A stretch of DNA of 64,000 nucleotides from positions 1,720,376-1,784,375 of the forward strand of contig OZ247431.1 in the NCBI GenBank assembly GCA_965232875.1, given 5' to 3'. Below are positions 28,245-38,899 of this stretch, piece by piece. Each line of letters opens with the position of its first letter. Positions within the stretch are counted from its first letter, which is position 1. The DNA comes from Dehalococcoidia bacterium (GTDB taxonomy: Bacteria; Chloroflexota; Dehalococcoidia; Bin125). Under the pieces are notes generated by a model. That model had not been told where the DNA came from. It worked only from the letters and a program-made list of their open reading frames with translations, and did no database searches. The position numbers and the translations under genes are program-made.

Positions 28245-29243
28245 ATGCGATACATCATCTACGGCGCCGGCGGCATTGGTGGAGGAATCGGAGCGCTACT
28301 CACACGCAGCGGCCGCGATGTTGTGATGATCGCCCGCGGCGACCACCTGACTGCCATGCGAGAACGTGGACTGCTCGTCCGACAGCCAGGCCGGACCGAG
28401 ACGGTTGAGGTCGCCACGGCGTCGCACCCGAGCGAAATCGACTTCCGTGATGACGACGTCGTCTTGATGACCATGAAGGGTCAGGACACTTCGAACGCCC
28501 TTGACGATCTGGGGCGTTGCGCCGGCCCCGAGATTCCCATCGTTTGCGGACAGAACGGCGTTGGCAATGAGCGCACGGCAGCGCGACGATTCTTGAACGT
28601 CTACGGCATGTTGGTCGTGATGCCAGCGACATTCCTGATCGCCGGCGAAATCGCGCTGTTCGGTGAGCCGAAACCGGGACTGCTCGACAGCGGCCGATTC
28701 CCTCATGGGATCGACCCGACCATCACACAGGTCTGCGCCGACCTGTCGGCCGCGAGCTTCAACGCCCAGGCCGATGAGAACATCATGAGGCTCAAGTACG
28801 GCAAACTGCTCGACAATCTGGGCAACGCCGTGGGAGCGCTCTGCGGCGAAACGGCGTTGCGATCCGCGGGCGATGATGTGCGAGCCTTCATTCGTCGGAT
28901 GCGAGATGAAGCGGTCTCGTGCTACGAGACTGCCGGAATCGACTACGCCTCTCGGTCTGAGATCGGTGAGCGGCGGGCTGCGACGTTCAGCGCCGGCGAG
29001 ATTCCCGGCGTCGAACGGGGAGGCAGCTCGACCTGGCAATCCTTCCGTCGCGGGCTATCCGGGATCGAGACTGACTGGCTCAATGGTGAGATCGTATTGA
29101 TCGGACTCGAACATGGTGTGCCGACGCCGGCCAACAGAGCACTTCAACTGATGGCCAAGCGCACACACCGAGCGGGCCTACGAGACGGCGCCGTGCCAAT
29201 CGAGGAAATCGTGGCACTCGAGCGGCAGCTCACCGCTCGCTAA
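28245..29243 (+). CDS. 2-dehydropantoate 2-reductase (ketopantoate reductase, ApbA/PanE family)
   Basis: MRYIIYGAGGIGGGIGALL… Rossmann N-terminus and family-typical length. Confidence 0.8.
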   Translation: MRYIIYGAGGIGGGIGALLTRSGRDVVMIARGDHLTAMRERGLLVRQPGRTETVEVATASHPSEIDFRDDDVVLMTMKGQDTSNALDDLGRCAGPEIPIVCGQNGVGNERTAARRFLNVYGMLVVMPATFLIAGEIALFGEPKPGLLDSGRFPHGIDPTITQVCADLSAASFNAQADENIMRLKYGKLLDNLGNAVGALCGETALRSAGDDVRAFIRRMRDEAVSCYETAGIDYASRSEIGERRAATFSAGEIPGVERGGSSTWQSFRRGLSGIETDWLNGEIVLIGLEHGVPTPANRALQLMAKRTHRAGLRDGAVPIEEIVALERQLTAR

Positions 29244-29734
29244 CCCCAGATACCCAGGTTGGACGAAGATTCATCCCCCGACTCGAGCTGCATTGACTCG
29301 CCCTGCATTGACCCACGCTGCCTTGACCCACGGCCTGCACGTGTCGCAGCCCGCACCCTCGGCCACATGCGAACTTATATTCGTATATGCTAGGTCGGGC
29401 TCGGGGCATTCCCTGCGCACTCCCCATCTCCTTCCATCTGAAAGCCGGACCAATGCCCCTCCACACCGTCAGCACCCTGTCCGCCCACGCAATCCAGCAC
29501 GATACGAATGCGGAACAGTTCGAACGGAAGCGAACAAAGCCGAACAGAATCGAACGCTCAATCGACCGCCGGTCATGGCGATCCTGCGTGGTTCCCAAGT
29601 CGAGAACGACCAGAGCCAACCTGAAAAACCTGAAAAAACCTGAATGCCGAAAACACTCGATCTTCAGCAACACACTGAAGATCACCGAAATCCTTGGCGC
29701 AAGAAAAAAGTTCCCAGAAACCTGAATCCGACCC

Positions 29735-30226
29735 TCAGCCGGCCAGACCCTCCACCACACGAGCATTCGGGATTCTTCCCAGGTCATCGGCTTTGATTCC
29801 GACTTTCAGTGAGCGACTGCCGCCGCCCAGCCACATCACGTCCCCGCCGGCGATTCGCGAGTCAATCAGGATGGGAATCTCGTCGGGCAGATCGAACGGC
29901 GTGACGCCGCCGGACATCATGCCAGTGACTTGCTCGGTCTCTTCGAAGGACGCAAACGAGCACTTCCTGACCCCCATTTCCTTCCGCACCGTGCGATTGA
30001 CATCTAACCGCGTATTGGCCAACACGAGACAGGCGGCATACGTCTTCGGCTCCTTCTTCGAGGCCACCAGGATCGTGTTGACTGATGCCTCCGGCGCGAT
30101 CCCGAAGACTTCACAAAACACCGCCGTGTCGGCCTGATCGGGTCGACAAACGATGCTCTCAAAGGGAACACCGCAGTCAACAAGGAACTGTCGAACGCGG
30201 GCCTCGATTTGCGCAGGTTCGGTCAT
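29735..30226 (-). CDS. YbaK/ProX-family aminoacyl-tRNA deacylase domain protein
   Basis: 163 aa, …GMMSGGVTPFDLPDEIPILIDSRI… typical of the YbaK/EbsC domain. Confidence 0.7.
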   Translation of the reverse strand: MTEPAQIEARVRQFLVDCGVPFESIVCRPDQADTAVFCEVFGIAPEASVNTILVASKKEPKTYAACLVLANTRLDVNRTVRKEMGVRKCSFASFEETEQVTGMMSGGVTPFDLPDEIPILIDSRIAGGDVMWLGGGSRSLKVGIKADDLGRIPNARVVEGLAG

Positions 30227-30343
30227 TTGTCAACTCCCTGACAGCCTGAACGACAAAGCGCTATATTACGTGGAATCGAATGGACGGGACAGCGGGCTGG
30301 TTCCCGTCTATGGTCCGGCATTCAGTGCACAGAGGAGCGAATC

Positions 30344-32308
30344 ATGGCAGAACGCAATTACTGGAAACGGATGCAACGACAGCGATTGAGTCGCCGATCG
30401 TTGATGTCGGCGTCGGCCCGAGCCGGTGTCGGCGCTGCAGGCCTGGCGCTGGTCGGTTGTGGTGACGACGATGATGATGGCCAGCAGGCCGCCGCACAAG
30501 CGCAGCCCCAGCCGCAACCCGAGCAAGCGCAGGCTCAGCAACAGGCGCAACAGACCGCCGCTCAGCAAGCGACCACGCAGCAAGAAGTCCAGGAAGAAGA
30601 GGCCGTCGCCCTGCTTCCTGGTCAGTTGACCGCCGAAGAAGAGGCGATGTCGCTGACCGCCGAGGAAGAGTGGCGACTGCGCTACCACTGGTCCAAGCTG
30701 CAAAACCTGCCCGGTCAGGCCGACGGACCGAAGCACGGCGGCACCTGGCGGCTCGCGCACGCAGCACCGGCGAACTGGAACGTGCTGGGACCCAACGCCA
30801 GTCTCATGGCCGCCTTCGCGCCCATGTTCTACAGCCAGCTTGTCGTCTTCCCCATGGATGACTACGCCAACGCTCACTACTACCTGAACGAGGGCGACCT
30901 GGCAGCCGGCTGGGAAGTGCCCGAACCGACCACGGTCGTGTTCCAGCTTCAGGATGGCATCACCTGGCAGGACAAGCCGCCGGTCAACGGTCGCGCGATG
31001 ACCGCCGAAGACGTGAAGATTGCATATGACGCGCTGCGCGAGGATGGCCGTGTTCAGGCGTCCTCATACACCGCCGTCAACACAATCGACCACGACAACG
31101 CCAGTAACACCGTGCGATTCAACCTCGCCGAACCCGCGGCATACCTGCTGAACAACATGATGAACCCGTTCCACACGGTCGTGGCGCCGGAGTTCGTCGA
31201 AGAACCGAGCCTGCTCGACCTGGCGGAGAACACCGTGGGCACGGGCCCCTTCCAGCTCGACAGCGCGACGACTGGTTCCGAGTGGCGCGGCAGCAAGCAC
31301 CCCGAGTACCACAAGCTTGATCCGCGCACCGGTCTACAGCTTCCGTACATCGACAACATTCACGGCCTCGACTTCGTCGGCCAGCGTGAATCCGAGTGGG
31401 CCGCCTGGGAAACCGGCGAGACTGACTGGATTCGGCTGCAGGACATCACCGAGTACGAGCGTGCGATCGAGCAGCACCCCGAGATGGTCGTCCAGGTGAC
31501 GGCGCCGCCGCCCGGCTGGCAGCCGCACATGACCTTCAAGGACCTGACCGCCGAGCCGTTCAACGACCCGAGGGTTCGCCAGGCGCTTTCGCTTGGTATG
31601 GACCGCGACGAGCAGGCTGCGGGCGTCTACTACGGCCTCGCCGCCGGCGGCTACGGTCAGAACTGGACCTTCTTCAAGGACGACAAATCGCCGTGGGGCT
31701 TCCGCGAGTGGCCCTGGACCTTCGAAGAGCTGGGAGACTTCCACGTCTTCAACGCCGCCGAGGGCAAGCGATTGCTCGATGCGGCCGGTTACAACGAGGA
31801 CAACCCACTCACCTTCGACGCCGCCTTCCACACGGTGCCGGGCTTCTACCTCGACCACTTCCTGTTGGTCGTCGACCAGTGGAACCGCAACTTGGGCGCC
31901 AACGTCACCCACGAACAGATTGAGTGGGAATCCTGGCTGGCCCTCCTCTTCACCAAGGAGTACAGCGGCACCTTGTTCACATGGCTCGTTGGCAGTGAGA
32001 TGGACGCCGATGGCTTGGCCTATGGCCGGATGCACTCCGAGAGTCCTGGCAACATCTACGGCATCAACGACCCCGACGTCGACCAGTGGGCTGTCGAACA
32101 ACGCCAGGAACTCGATGTCGAAAAGCGCTCCGAGATTCTCGAGAAGATCCGCGTTCGCGAGCTCGAGAACATGTGGCGCATCTTCTGCGTCAACCCGTAC
32201 CGCATGGCCGCGCGCCGCGAGTACCTGTTCGGTCAGATGGACACGTACAACGCGTGGAACCCCGGCTGGGGCGCCACCAACACGGAGCGCATCTGGAAGA
32301 ACCTGTAG
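30344..32308 (+). CDS. ABC transporter substrate-binding lipoprotein, family 5 (peptide/Opp-Dpp type), Tat signal, Q/E-rich linker
   Basis: SRRSLMS…LALVGCG (Tat + lipobox). Low-complexity QAQPQPQPEQAQAQQQAQQ linker. SBP_bac_5-like body. Confidence 0.85.
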   Translation: MAERNYWKRMQRQRLSRRSLMSASARAGVGAAGLALVGCGDDDDDGQQAAAQAQPQPQPEQAQAQQQAQQTAAQQATTQQEVQEEEAVALLPGQLTAEEEAMSLTAEEEWRLRYHWSKLQNLPGQADGPKHGGTWRLAHAAPANWNVLGPNASLMAAFAPMFYSQLVVFPMDDYANAHYYLNEGDLAAGWEVPEPTTVVFQLQDGITWQDKPPVNGRAMTAEDVKIAYDALREDGRVQASSYTAVNTIDHDNASNTVRFNLAEPAAYLLNNMMNPFHTVVAPEFVEEPSLLDLAENTVGTGPFQLDSATTGSEWRGSKHPEYHKLDPRTGLQLPYIDNIHGLDFVGQRESEWAAWETGETDWIRLQDITEYERAIEQHPEMVVQVTAPPPGWQPHMTFKDLTAEPFNDPRVRQALSLGMDRDEQAAGVYYGLAAGGYGQNWTFFKDDKSPWGFREWPWTFEELGDFHVFNAAEGKRLLDAAGYNEDNPLTFDAAFHTVPGFYLDHFLLVVDQWNRNLGANVTHEQIEWESWLALLFTKEYSGTLFTWLVGSEMDADGLAYGRMHSESPGNIYGINDPDVDQWAVEQRQELDVEKRSEILEKIRVRELENMWRIFCVNPYRMAARREYLFGQMDTYNAWNPGWGATNTERIWKNL

Positions 32309-32346
32309 GCAGGCAACGACGCCTGCGTGCAGGAAGGAGGGATTGC

Positions 32347-32739
32347 GTGCGCAAGACCACCCTTACTGTCGTCGCGGCGATGATCGTTTCTGCGACCATC
32401 GCCGCTGTGGCAACTTGGCTGATTGTAGACGGGGACGGCGAAACCGCTGTCTCCGACCGGGCGGAGCCCCAAGAGATTTCAGCGTTCGAGTCGACTGTGC
32501 TTCAAATGGGGTTGGCTGGCCCCTCAACCACCGACGTAGTCTGCCGAACGACAACCGGCGACATCGTTGTTGCAGGACCGATACGAACAAAAATCTACTC
32601 GGGCAACAGGGAGATTGTGTTCTGCGGATGGAAGGGCACAGGACATTTCACGGTCCCTCAACTCGTGGAGTCGGAAGGGGAGTGGATAGCCGTCAGTTAC
32701 GTCAACGGAGTTGAGCAGAAGGTCAGGGTGAATCCCTGA
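32347..32739 (+). CDS. Small membrane-anchored hypothetical protein inserted between SBP and permease genes
   Basis: GTG start after AGGAAGGAGG. N-terminal TM helix. AT-richer than neighbours. Confidence 0.35.
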   Translation: MRKTTLTVVAAMIVSATIAAVATWLIVDGDGETAVSDRAEPQEISAFESTVLQMGLAGPSTTDVVCRTTTGDIVVAGPIRTKIYSGNREIVFCGWKGTGHFTVPQLVESEGEWIAVSYVNGVEQKVRVNP

Positions 32740-33701
32740 TGACCGGATACATCATCCGCCGGGTCATCGGAGCGATGGTTGTGCTCCTCATGTTGTCGTT
32801 CATCGTGTTCATGCTCGTGAATGCGGTGCCCGGGAACACGCTCACACGATTGCTCAATCAGAGTCCGCAAGGCGCCAACTTGACGCCTGCCCAGATTGAG
32901 CAGTACGAGATTGATCTTGGCCTGGACAAGCCCGTGCTAGAGCGCTACGGGGAATGGCTCTGGAACGCCTTCAACGGAGACCTGGGCAAGTCGTTCGCTA
33001 CCAGCTTGCCTGTTTGGGGAGAGATTCAGGATCGGCTTCCCAGGAGTGTTCAGCTAGTTGTCATGGCGACGCTGATTTCGTCACTGATCGCGATTCCGAT
33101 TGGAGTGTTCTCTGCCATTCGGCAGGGAGGGATTGGCGACTATGTCTCTCGGGTCTTTGCCATCCTTGGCCTCGCGGTACCCAATTTCTTCTTGGCGGTG
33201 CTGGTCGTAACGTTCGGCGCTGCCTGGCTTGGGGTATCGCTATCCACGATAGATCCGCCATACATCTGGGACGGAGTGGGTAGGAATCTGGAAGGTCTGA
33301 TCGCTCCTGCATTGGTCCTGTCAGCGTCTCTGATGGCCACCGTGATGAGGATGCAGCGGTCAACGGTGCTCGAAGTCGTCAACGAAGATTACGTGCGAAC
33401 GGCCCGAGCCAAGGGGCTGGCCGAGCGTGCGATTATATTGCGTCACGTGATTCGCAACTCGCTGATTCCCGTTATCACCATCTTCGCCAACCAGTTCGCC
33501 TTCCTCATCAGCGGCGCCGTCATCGTCGAGTTCATCTTCCGCATCGACGGCATCGGCGCGCTGGCAGTCAGGGCAATTCGACAAGTGGACTTCACCCTGG
33601 TGCTCGGCATCTCACTCGTCGTCGGATTTGGCGTCGTCTTCATCAACATCCTTGTGGACCTGAGCTATGCCTGGCTCGATCCGCGCATTCGGTACTCATA
33701 G
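32739..33701 (+). CDS. ABC transporter permease (DppB/OppB-like)
   Basis: Characteristic N-terminal TM plus BPD_transp_1 region (…ASLMATVMRMQRS… EAA-like loop). Confidence 0.85.
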   Translation: MTGYIIRRVIGAMVVLLMLSFIVFMLVNAVPGNTLTRLLNQSPQGANLTPAQIEQYEIDLGLDKPVLERYGEWLWNAFNGDLGKSFATSLPVWGEIQDRLPRSVQLVVMATLISSLIAIPIGVFSAIRQGGIGDYVSRVFAILGLAVPNFFLAVLVVTFGAAWLGVSLSTIDPPYIWDGVGRNLEGLIAPALVLSASLMATVMRMQRSTVLEVVNEDYVRTARAKGLAERAIILRHVIRNSLIPVITIFANQFAFLISGAVIVEFIFRIDGIGALAVRAIRQVDFTLVLGISLVVGFGVVFINILVDLSYAWLDPRIRYS

Positions 33702-33719
33702 GGAGGAGGGAACGCTCAC

Positions 33720-34676
33720 ATGTCAAGCATCAGCGAAACTGCCGAGACCACCCTCAACCTACATCTGCCGGACACGCGGCCGTGGTGGCAGGTCTGGGCC
33801 CGTCACGCGCGCAACAAGCCGTTGGGCGCAATTGGCGCACTATTCATTCTGATCCTGGTGGTAGCCGCCATCTTCGGTCAGGACATCAGCATCGGCGGAT
33901 CGACGATTGTTCCCGGCTTCTCGCCCTATCCGGCCAGCGAAACCGACATCATCAACAAGCTGGCTGCTCCAAGCTGGCCCGGGCACATCGCCGGAACAGA
34001 CTCGCTTGGCCGCGACCTGTTCAGTCGGATCATCTTCGGAGCGCGTCCGGCAATCGTGATCGGTATCGTCGCAACTGGTTTGGGGATTCTTGGTGGGATG
34101 GTCATCGGCATGACTTCCGCCTATGCCGGGGGAGTGACCGACCTCCTCTTGCAGCGAATCTCGGACGCGTTTCAGGCGCTGCCTCCACTCCTGCTGATGA
34201 TGACTCTGGTCACGGTGTTGACTCCGAGTATGACCACGGTGATTCTCGTGATCGTGATTTTCTTGATACCCGGGACTCAGCGTGTCGTGCGCGGCACTGT
34301 GTTCTCGACGCTGGAGAACACGTACATCGAAGCGGCCAGGACGATTGGCGCCGGACCGTTCAGGATCATCACCTTCCACATCTTGCCCAACATCATGGCT
34401 CCGATCCTGGTCATCGCCTCGGTGACGATCGGAGGGACGATTCTCGCTGAGGCTGCGCTGTCGTTCCTGGGCCTGGGCGCAAACTCGGCCCAGAATCCGA
34501 CCTGGGGATTCATCCTCTTTGAGGCGACCCAGCGCGGTAATCTCGACCGTTGGCCATGGCTCGCGATTACGCCGGGCGCGGCAATCACGTTGATCGTGCT
34601 GGCCTTCAACCTCCTCGGCGACGCGCTTCGTGATGTGTTGGATCCGCGACTTCGGGGAACCGGCGCCGGAGCCTGA
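33720..34676 (+). CDS. ABC transporter permease (DppC/OppC-like)
   Basis: Permease with N-terminal extension. No ATPase gene follows. Confidence 0.85.
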   Translation: MSSISETAETTLNLHLPDTRPWWQVWARHARNKPLGAIGALFILILVVAAIFGQDISIGGSTIVPGFSPYPASETDIINKLAAPSWPGHIAGTDSLGRDLFSRIIFGARPAIVIGIVATGLGILGGMVIGMTSAYAGGVTDLLLQRISDAFQALPPLLLMMTLVTVLTPSMTTVILVIVIFLIPGTQRVVRGTVFSTLENTYIEAARTIGAGPFRIITFHILPNIMAPILVIASVTIGGTILAEAALSFLGLGANSAQNPTWGFILFEATQRGNLDRWPWLAITPGAAITLIVLAFNLLGDALRDVLDPRLRGTGAGA

Positions 34677-34917
34677 TTTCTTTGGGAACCTTTTGCGACC
34701 TGCCGTCGTCTTAGATGACGGAGGGTCAGTGAGGTCAGACGGTAGAAACTGTCACCCCGCCCGCCCACCGATGTCCGCCTGTGAGACATCGGTTGTCTCT
34801 CCGACTGGCCACCCTCCAGTTGCCTGTGTCGCGCCCCCGCCCATCCCGGCGGGGGCGCTTCCTTTTCCCCATTCTCCAATAGCAGCCTTCATCGGCCCGT
34901 AGGGGCAAGTGAGCTTG

Positions 34918-35796
34918 CTAGACGCCGAGCTTGTTGAGCAGGTTTCGCGTATCCACGACGTGCCGCGTCAGACCCAGCTTCTCGGGGTTGATGCCCATGG
35001 CCAGGCCGAGCAACTGGGGCACGTGCAGGATTGGCAGGTTGAGGCTGCGGTCGATGACCTTGGCAGCGTCCGGCTGCTGCGCGTCGAGGTTGAGGTGACA
35101 GAGCGGACAGGGAGTGACGAGCGCGTCCGCGCCCTTGGACTGCGCCTCGTCGAGGTGCGAACCGGCCATCGTCAGCGAGTTCTTCTTGTTTGTGGTCAGG
35201 ATCGGGAATCCGCAGCACTTGGTCATGCCGTCATAGGTAATGGTCGTTGCGCCGAGGATGTCAATCAACTGCTCCAGGCTGTCGCGTCGGGTGGGATGCG
35301 CATCGAAGTCGAGCGTGCGCTCCGGTCGGACGATGTAGCAGCCGTAGAACGGACCGAGATTAAGTTCTTCCAGGGGCCGCTTGATCATCGAGTTGATCTT
35401 GTCGATCCCAACATCCTCAAGCAGGATCCAGAGCAGGTGTCGCGGGTCGGCGGAGCCTCGGTACTCGATGCCCTCCGGCGCGAGGTGATGGTTGATGCGG
35501 ATGCGGTAGTCGACATCGCGCAGCTTCTCGGCGGCGAGACGGTGGACGCCGACGCAGGTGGAGCAGATGTCCATCAGGGGGAGATCCATCTGCTCGGACA
35601 TTGCCATCGTGCGAGCGTTGAGCACGTCCTGCAGATACGGCTCACCGTCGGAGATGATGCCGGCGCCGGTGCAGGCGGCGGCTTCCAACTCGACCAGGTC
35701 CATGCCGAGATGCTCGGCGACGGCCAGTGTCGAGGTGTACAGCTCAGGGGCTGCTCCGCGCGCTACACAGCCGGGCCAGAATGCGTACTTGCTCAT
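34918..35796 (-). CDS. CCG-domain (HdrB-like) subunit of a type-E succinate dehydrogenase/fumarate reductase (SdhE/SdhC-like)
   Basis: Two Cys-rich CCG-type motifs (…FWPGCV…, …CCGFP…). Immediately downstream of sdhA-sdhB. Confidence 0.7.
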   Translation of the reverse strand: MSKYAFWPGCVARGAAPELYTSTLAVAEHLGMDLVELEAAACTGAGIISDGEPYLQDVLNARTMAMSEQMDLPLMDICSTCVGVHRLAAEKLRDVDYRIRINHHLAPEGIEYRGSADPRHLLWILLEDVGIDKINSMIKRPLEELNLGPFYGCYIVRPERTLDFDAHPTRRDSLEQLIDILGATTITYDGMTKCCGFPILTTNKKNSLTMAGSHLDEAQSKGADALVTPCPLCHLNLDAQQPDAAKVIDRSLNLPILHVPQLLGLAMGINPEKLGLTRHVVDTRNLLNKLGV

Positions 35797-35853
35797 GATG
35801 TTCGATACTCCCCGCTCTTCGGTCCCATGCTGCGATTGCTGACGACGTAGGGC

Positions 35854-36909
35854 CTAGTGTCCGCCGATGGCGGTCTCGAACTCTGCGCCGAAGGCATCGG
35901 CGTCGACATCGTGGTGATGCTTCTCGGACTCGACCTCGTCGAAGATTCGCTGAATCTGCTCTCGACCCTCAGCGCTTGCGCCATGTCGCTGGGCGATCGT
36001 GAGCAGCTTGCGCGACTTGAGCAGTCGAATCGCGCCCGGCGTGTAGTCCATCATCTCCTTGTGCGCGGAGATCTGGCCGGTCAGCAATCGGCCGATACCG
36101 ACAGACTGGACCGGAAGCATCATCTCGTCGAGACGACCGCGCTTGCGGACGCCCCCGGCGAATCCCTTGTGGTGTCGAGCGCCATGGTTGTTCGTGTGTC
36201 CCGCCTCGATCGCAAGGGTGCGCAGCTCCATGATCGCGTCCATGGGCAGCACGTCCTTGGGACAGGCCTGGACGCACATGTAGCAGCGAGTGCAATCCCA
36301 GATGCCGCCTTGCGTCTCTGAGAGGTACTCCAGCCGCTCCTCCCGCTTGGAGTCGCGACTATCCATGACAAAGCGGTAGGCCTTGGCCAACGCCGCCGGA
36401 CCGAGGAAGTTCTCATCGACGGCCGCAACGGTGCAGTCCGAGTAGCACGCGCCGCAGTGGATGCAGGTCGAGGCGTGCGACCAGTGGTCAAACTCCTCGA
36501 CCTTCTGGCGATACTCCTTCTCGGGAGGCTCCTGGTCTTCGTATGGCTCTAGCCAGGTCTCGGCGCGCTCGAACTGCTGCAGGAACTTCGTCACGTCAAC
36601 AACGAGGTCCTTGACCACGTTCTGATTGCCCATTGGTCCGATGCGGACCGGGTCTCCCCGCTCGACAGCCGCGTCTACCTGCGTCTGGCAGGTCAGCATC
36701 GACTGGCCGTTGACCTTCATCGCGCATGAGCCGCAAATCGCGTGGCGGCAGGACATTCGGAACGACAGTGTCCCGTCCTGCTCCCACTTGATCTGGTTCA
36801 GGGAATCGAGCAGCGTCTGGCCGGGCTGAACGTCGACATCGAACGACTCCTCGTAGGATTCATCCGTGTCGGGGTTGTAGCGCTGAATGATGAATTCTTG
36901 CTGTGCCAT
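35854..36909 (-). CDS. sdhB: Succinate dehydrogenase/fumarate reductase iron-sulfur subunit with about 100-aa C-terminal extension
   Basis: …SFRMSCRHAICGSCAMKVNG… (2Fe-2S) and CxxCxxC…CP ferredoxin motifs. Start at MAQQEF. Confidence 0.8.
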   Translation of the reverse strand: MAQQEFIIQRYNPDTDESYEESFDVDVQPGQTLLDSLNQIKWEQDGTLSFRMSCRHAICGSCAMKVNGQSMLTCQTQVDAAVERGDPVRIGPMGNQNVVKDLVVDVTKFLQQFERAETWLEPYEDQEPPEKEYRQKVEEFDHWSHASTCIHCGACYSDCTVAAVDENFLGPAALAKAYRFVMDSRDSKREERLEYLSETQGGIWDCTRCYMCVQACPKDVLPMDAIMELRTLAIEAGHTNNHGARHHKGFAGGVRKRGRLDEMMLPVQSVGIGRLLTGQISAHKEMMDYTPGAIRLLKSRKLLTIAQRHGASAEGREQIQRIFDEVESEKHHHDVDADAFGAEFETAIGGH

Positions 36910-36973
36910 GGGTCGCGCCCGTTCGTTCTTGTTCGGCGGTGTTCGGACTTGTTCGAGTTTGTGCGGATTTCCG

Positions 36974-38713
36974 CTAGTAGGTGCGCTCCTGGAGCGGGAA
37001 CGGTTCGCGGAACTTGGGCTCCATATTGACATCGCAGTATGTCAGGGTTGGCCCATCCTCGCCGTCCTGCGGACGGTAAGCGAGGGTGTGTTTGAACCAG
37101 TTCTCGTCGTCGCGGGAGTCAAAGTCGCGCCTGGCGTGGCCGCCACGTGACTCCTGCCGTGCGATTGCGCCGGTCACGATGACCTCGGAGTACTCCAGCA
37201 TGTGACCGAGCTCGATCGCGTCGAGCAAGTCGGTATTGAACGTCGAGCCATGGTCGTCGATCGCGATGTGCTTGAATCGCTCCTGGTATTCCTTGACCTC
37301 GGACAAACACTCGCGCAGCTCTGCGTCGTCGCGGAAGACGCCGCACTTATCCATCATCGTGTCGCGCAGCTCGGCGCGAATCTTGCCGACCTTCTCCGAG
37401 CCCTCGGCGCGGAGGAACTTGTCGACCTCACCTACGGCGTTGGCCATGTCGCCCTCGTCAATGCTGGTCGGTTCGAGGTCGTGGACGACATCAAGAATGC
37501 CGCGACCCGAGCGTCGGCCAAAGACGACTGCTTCGAGCAGCGAGTTCGTACCTAGTCGGTTGGCTCCATGGACGGAGACGCAAGATGCCTCGCCGGCGGC
37601 GAAGAATCCTGTGATCTGGGGCGCGCCGGGCTGGTCCTTGATCCGCACCTGCCCATTGATATCGCAGGGAATGCCACCCATCGAGTAATGCGCAGTCGGC
37701 TGAATCGGAACAGGCGCCTCGAGCGGGTCGATACCAGCAAAGTCCCGTGCCAGATGAAGCACCGACGGCAGGGCGTAACGGATGCGCTCCTCACCGATCG
37801 GTCGCAAGTCCATAAAGACGGAGTCGCGCAAATCGGTCACGCCCCGGCCAGCTTCAATCTCTGACTGTTCAGCGCGGGCGACGATGTCGCGCGGCGCGAG
37901 CTCCATTCTGCCGGGGGCGTAGTTCTCCATGAAGCGGAAGCCGTCCGAGTTGACGATATGCGCGCCCTCGCCGCGTGCCGCCTCGGAGAGCAGGATGCCC
38001 GAGCCCTGCAGGCCGGTCGGGTGGAACTGAACAAATTCCATATCCTCCAGAGGAATACCAGCGCGGTAGGCCATCACGACGCCGTCGCCGGTGGATGCGA
38101 ACGCGTTGGTGGTCACGCGGAACGCGCGACCATAGCCGCCGGTGCCGAACATGACGGCCTTGGCCGAGATGGCCTCAATCTGGCCTGAGAGAATGTCGTA
38201 GGCAACCAGGCCCTGGCAAACGTTGTCCTTAACGACGAGGTCAAGCGCGTACCACTCGGAGTAGACCTTGACCCCGCGTCGCAGGAGCTGTTCGAACAGC
38301 ACAGTCAGGACGGCGTGCCCGGTACGGTCGGCGGCGTAGCAGGCGCGCGGCGCCGTGTGTCCGCCGAAGCGGCGCTGGGCGACACGGCCTTCGTCGTCGC
38401 GCGAGAACGCGCAGCCCATGTGCTCAAGTTCGAAGATGTTCTCGGGGCCTTCGCGAGTCAGGACTTCGGCGGCGTCCTGGTCGACGAGGTAGTCGCCACC
38501 CTTGACAGTGTCGAACATGTGCAGGTCCCATGAGTCCTCGGCGGAGTTGCCGAGCGATGCCGCGATGCCGCCCTGCGCCGCGCCCGAATGTGAGCGCAAG
38601 GGATGCACCTTGGAGAGGATCGCCACGTCCAGGGTTGGATCGTTGGAGACCTCCAGGGCGGCGCGCATACCCGCCAGTCCTGAGCCGACAATCAATACGT
38701 CATGTTGCAACAT
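36974..38713 (-). CDS. sdhA: Succinate dehydrogenase/fumarate reductase flavoprotein subunit
   Basis: [18 protein letters not shown]-binding N-terminus. Typical SdhA/FrdA body. Confidence 0.85.
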   Translation of the reverse strand: MLQHDVLIVGSGLAGMRAALEVSNDPTLDVAILSKVHPLRSHSGAAQGGIAASLGNSAEDSWDLHMFDTVKGGDYLVDQDAAEVLTREGPENIFELEHMGCAFSRDDEGRVAQRRFGGHTAPRACYAADRTGHAVLTVLFEQLLRRGVKVYSEWYALDLVVKDNVCQGLVAYDILSGQIEAISAKAVMFGTGGYGRAFRVTTNAFASTGDGVVMAYRAGIPLEDMEFVQFHPTGLQGSGILLSEAARGEGAHIVNSDGFRFMENYAPGRMELAPRDIVARAEQSEIEAGRGVTDLRDSVFMDLRPIGEERIRYALPSVLHLARDFAGIDPLEAPVPIQPTAHYSMGGIPCDINGQVRIKDQPGAPQITGFFAAGEASCVSVHGANRLGTNSLLEAVVFGRRSGRGILDVVHDLEPTSIDEGDMANAVGEVDKFLRAEGSEKVGKIRAELRDTMMDKCGVFRDDAELRECLSEVKEYQERFKHIAIDDHGSTFNTDLLDAIELGHMLEYSEVIVTGAIARQESRGGHARRDFDSRDDENWFKHTLAYRPQDGEDGPTLTYCDVNMEPKFREPFPLQERTY

Positions 38714-38899
38714 CGTGCTGTCTCTCCGCTCTGGATGCAATGTGCAGTTTCGCACCAAACGGCATTGGGCGGTAGTGGGAGTGAGCGGGTCCCCGCGTGA
38801 AGCGGGGACTGGGGGACTGCGGCGGGCACGGCGGGACTAGGGGTTGGGGGATCCCGTGTGAGAAAAAAACGCGGCGCGAAAAAAAGACGGGTTGGGGGA

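Noticed and set aside
29387-29725. 112-aa K/R-rich ORF in the long intergenic region
   Set aside because: Low-complexity basic translation of A-rich repeats. No RBS or family resemblance. The region is treated as non-coding.
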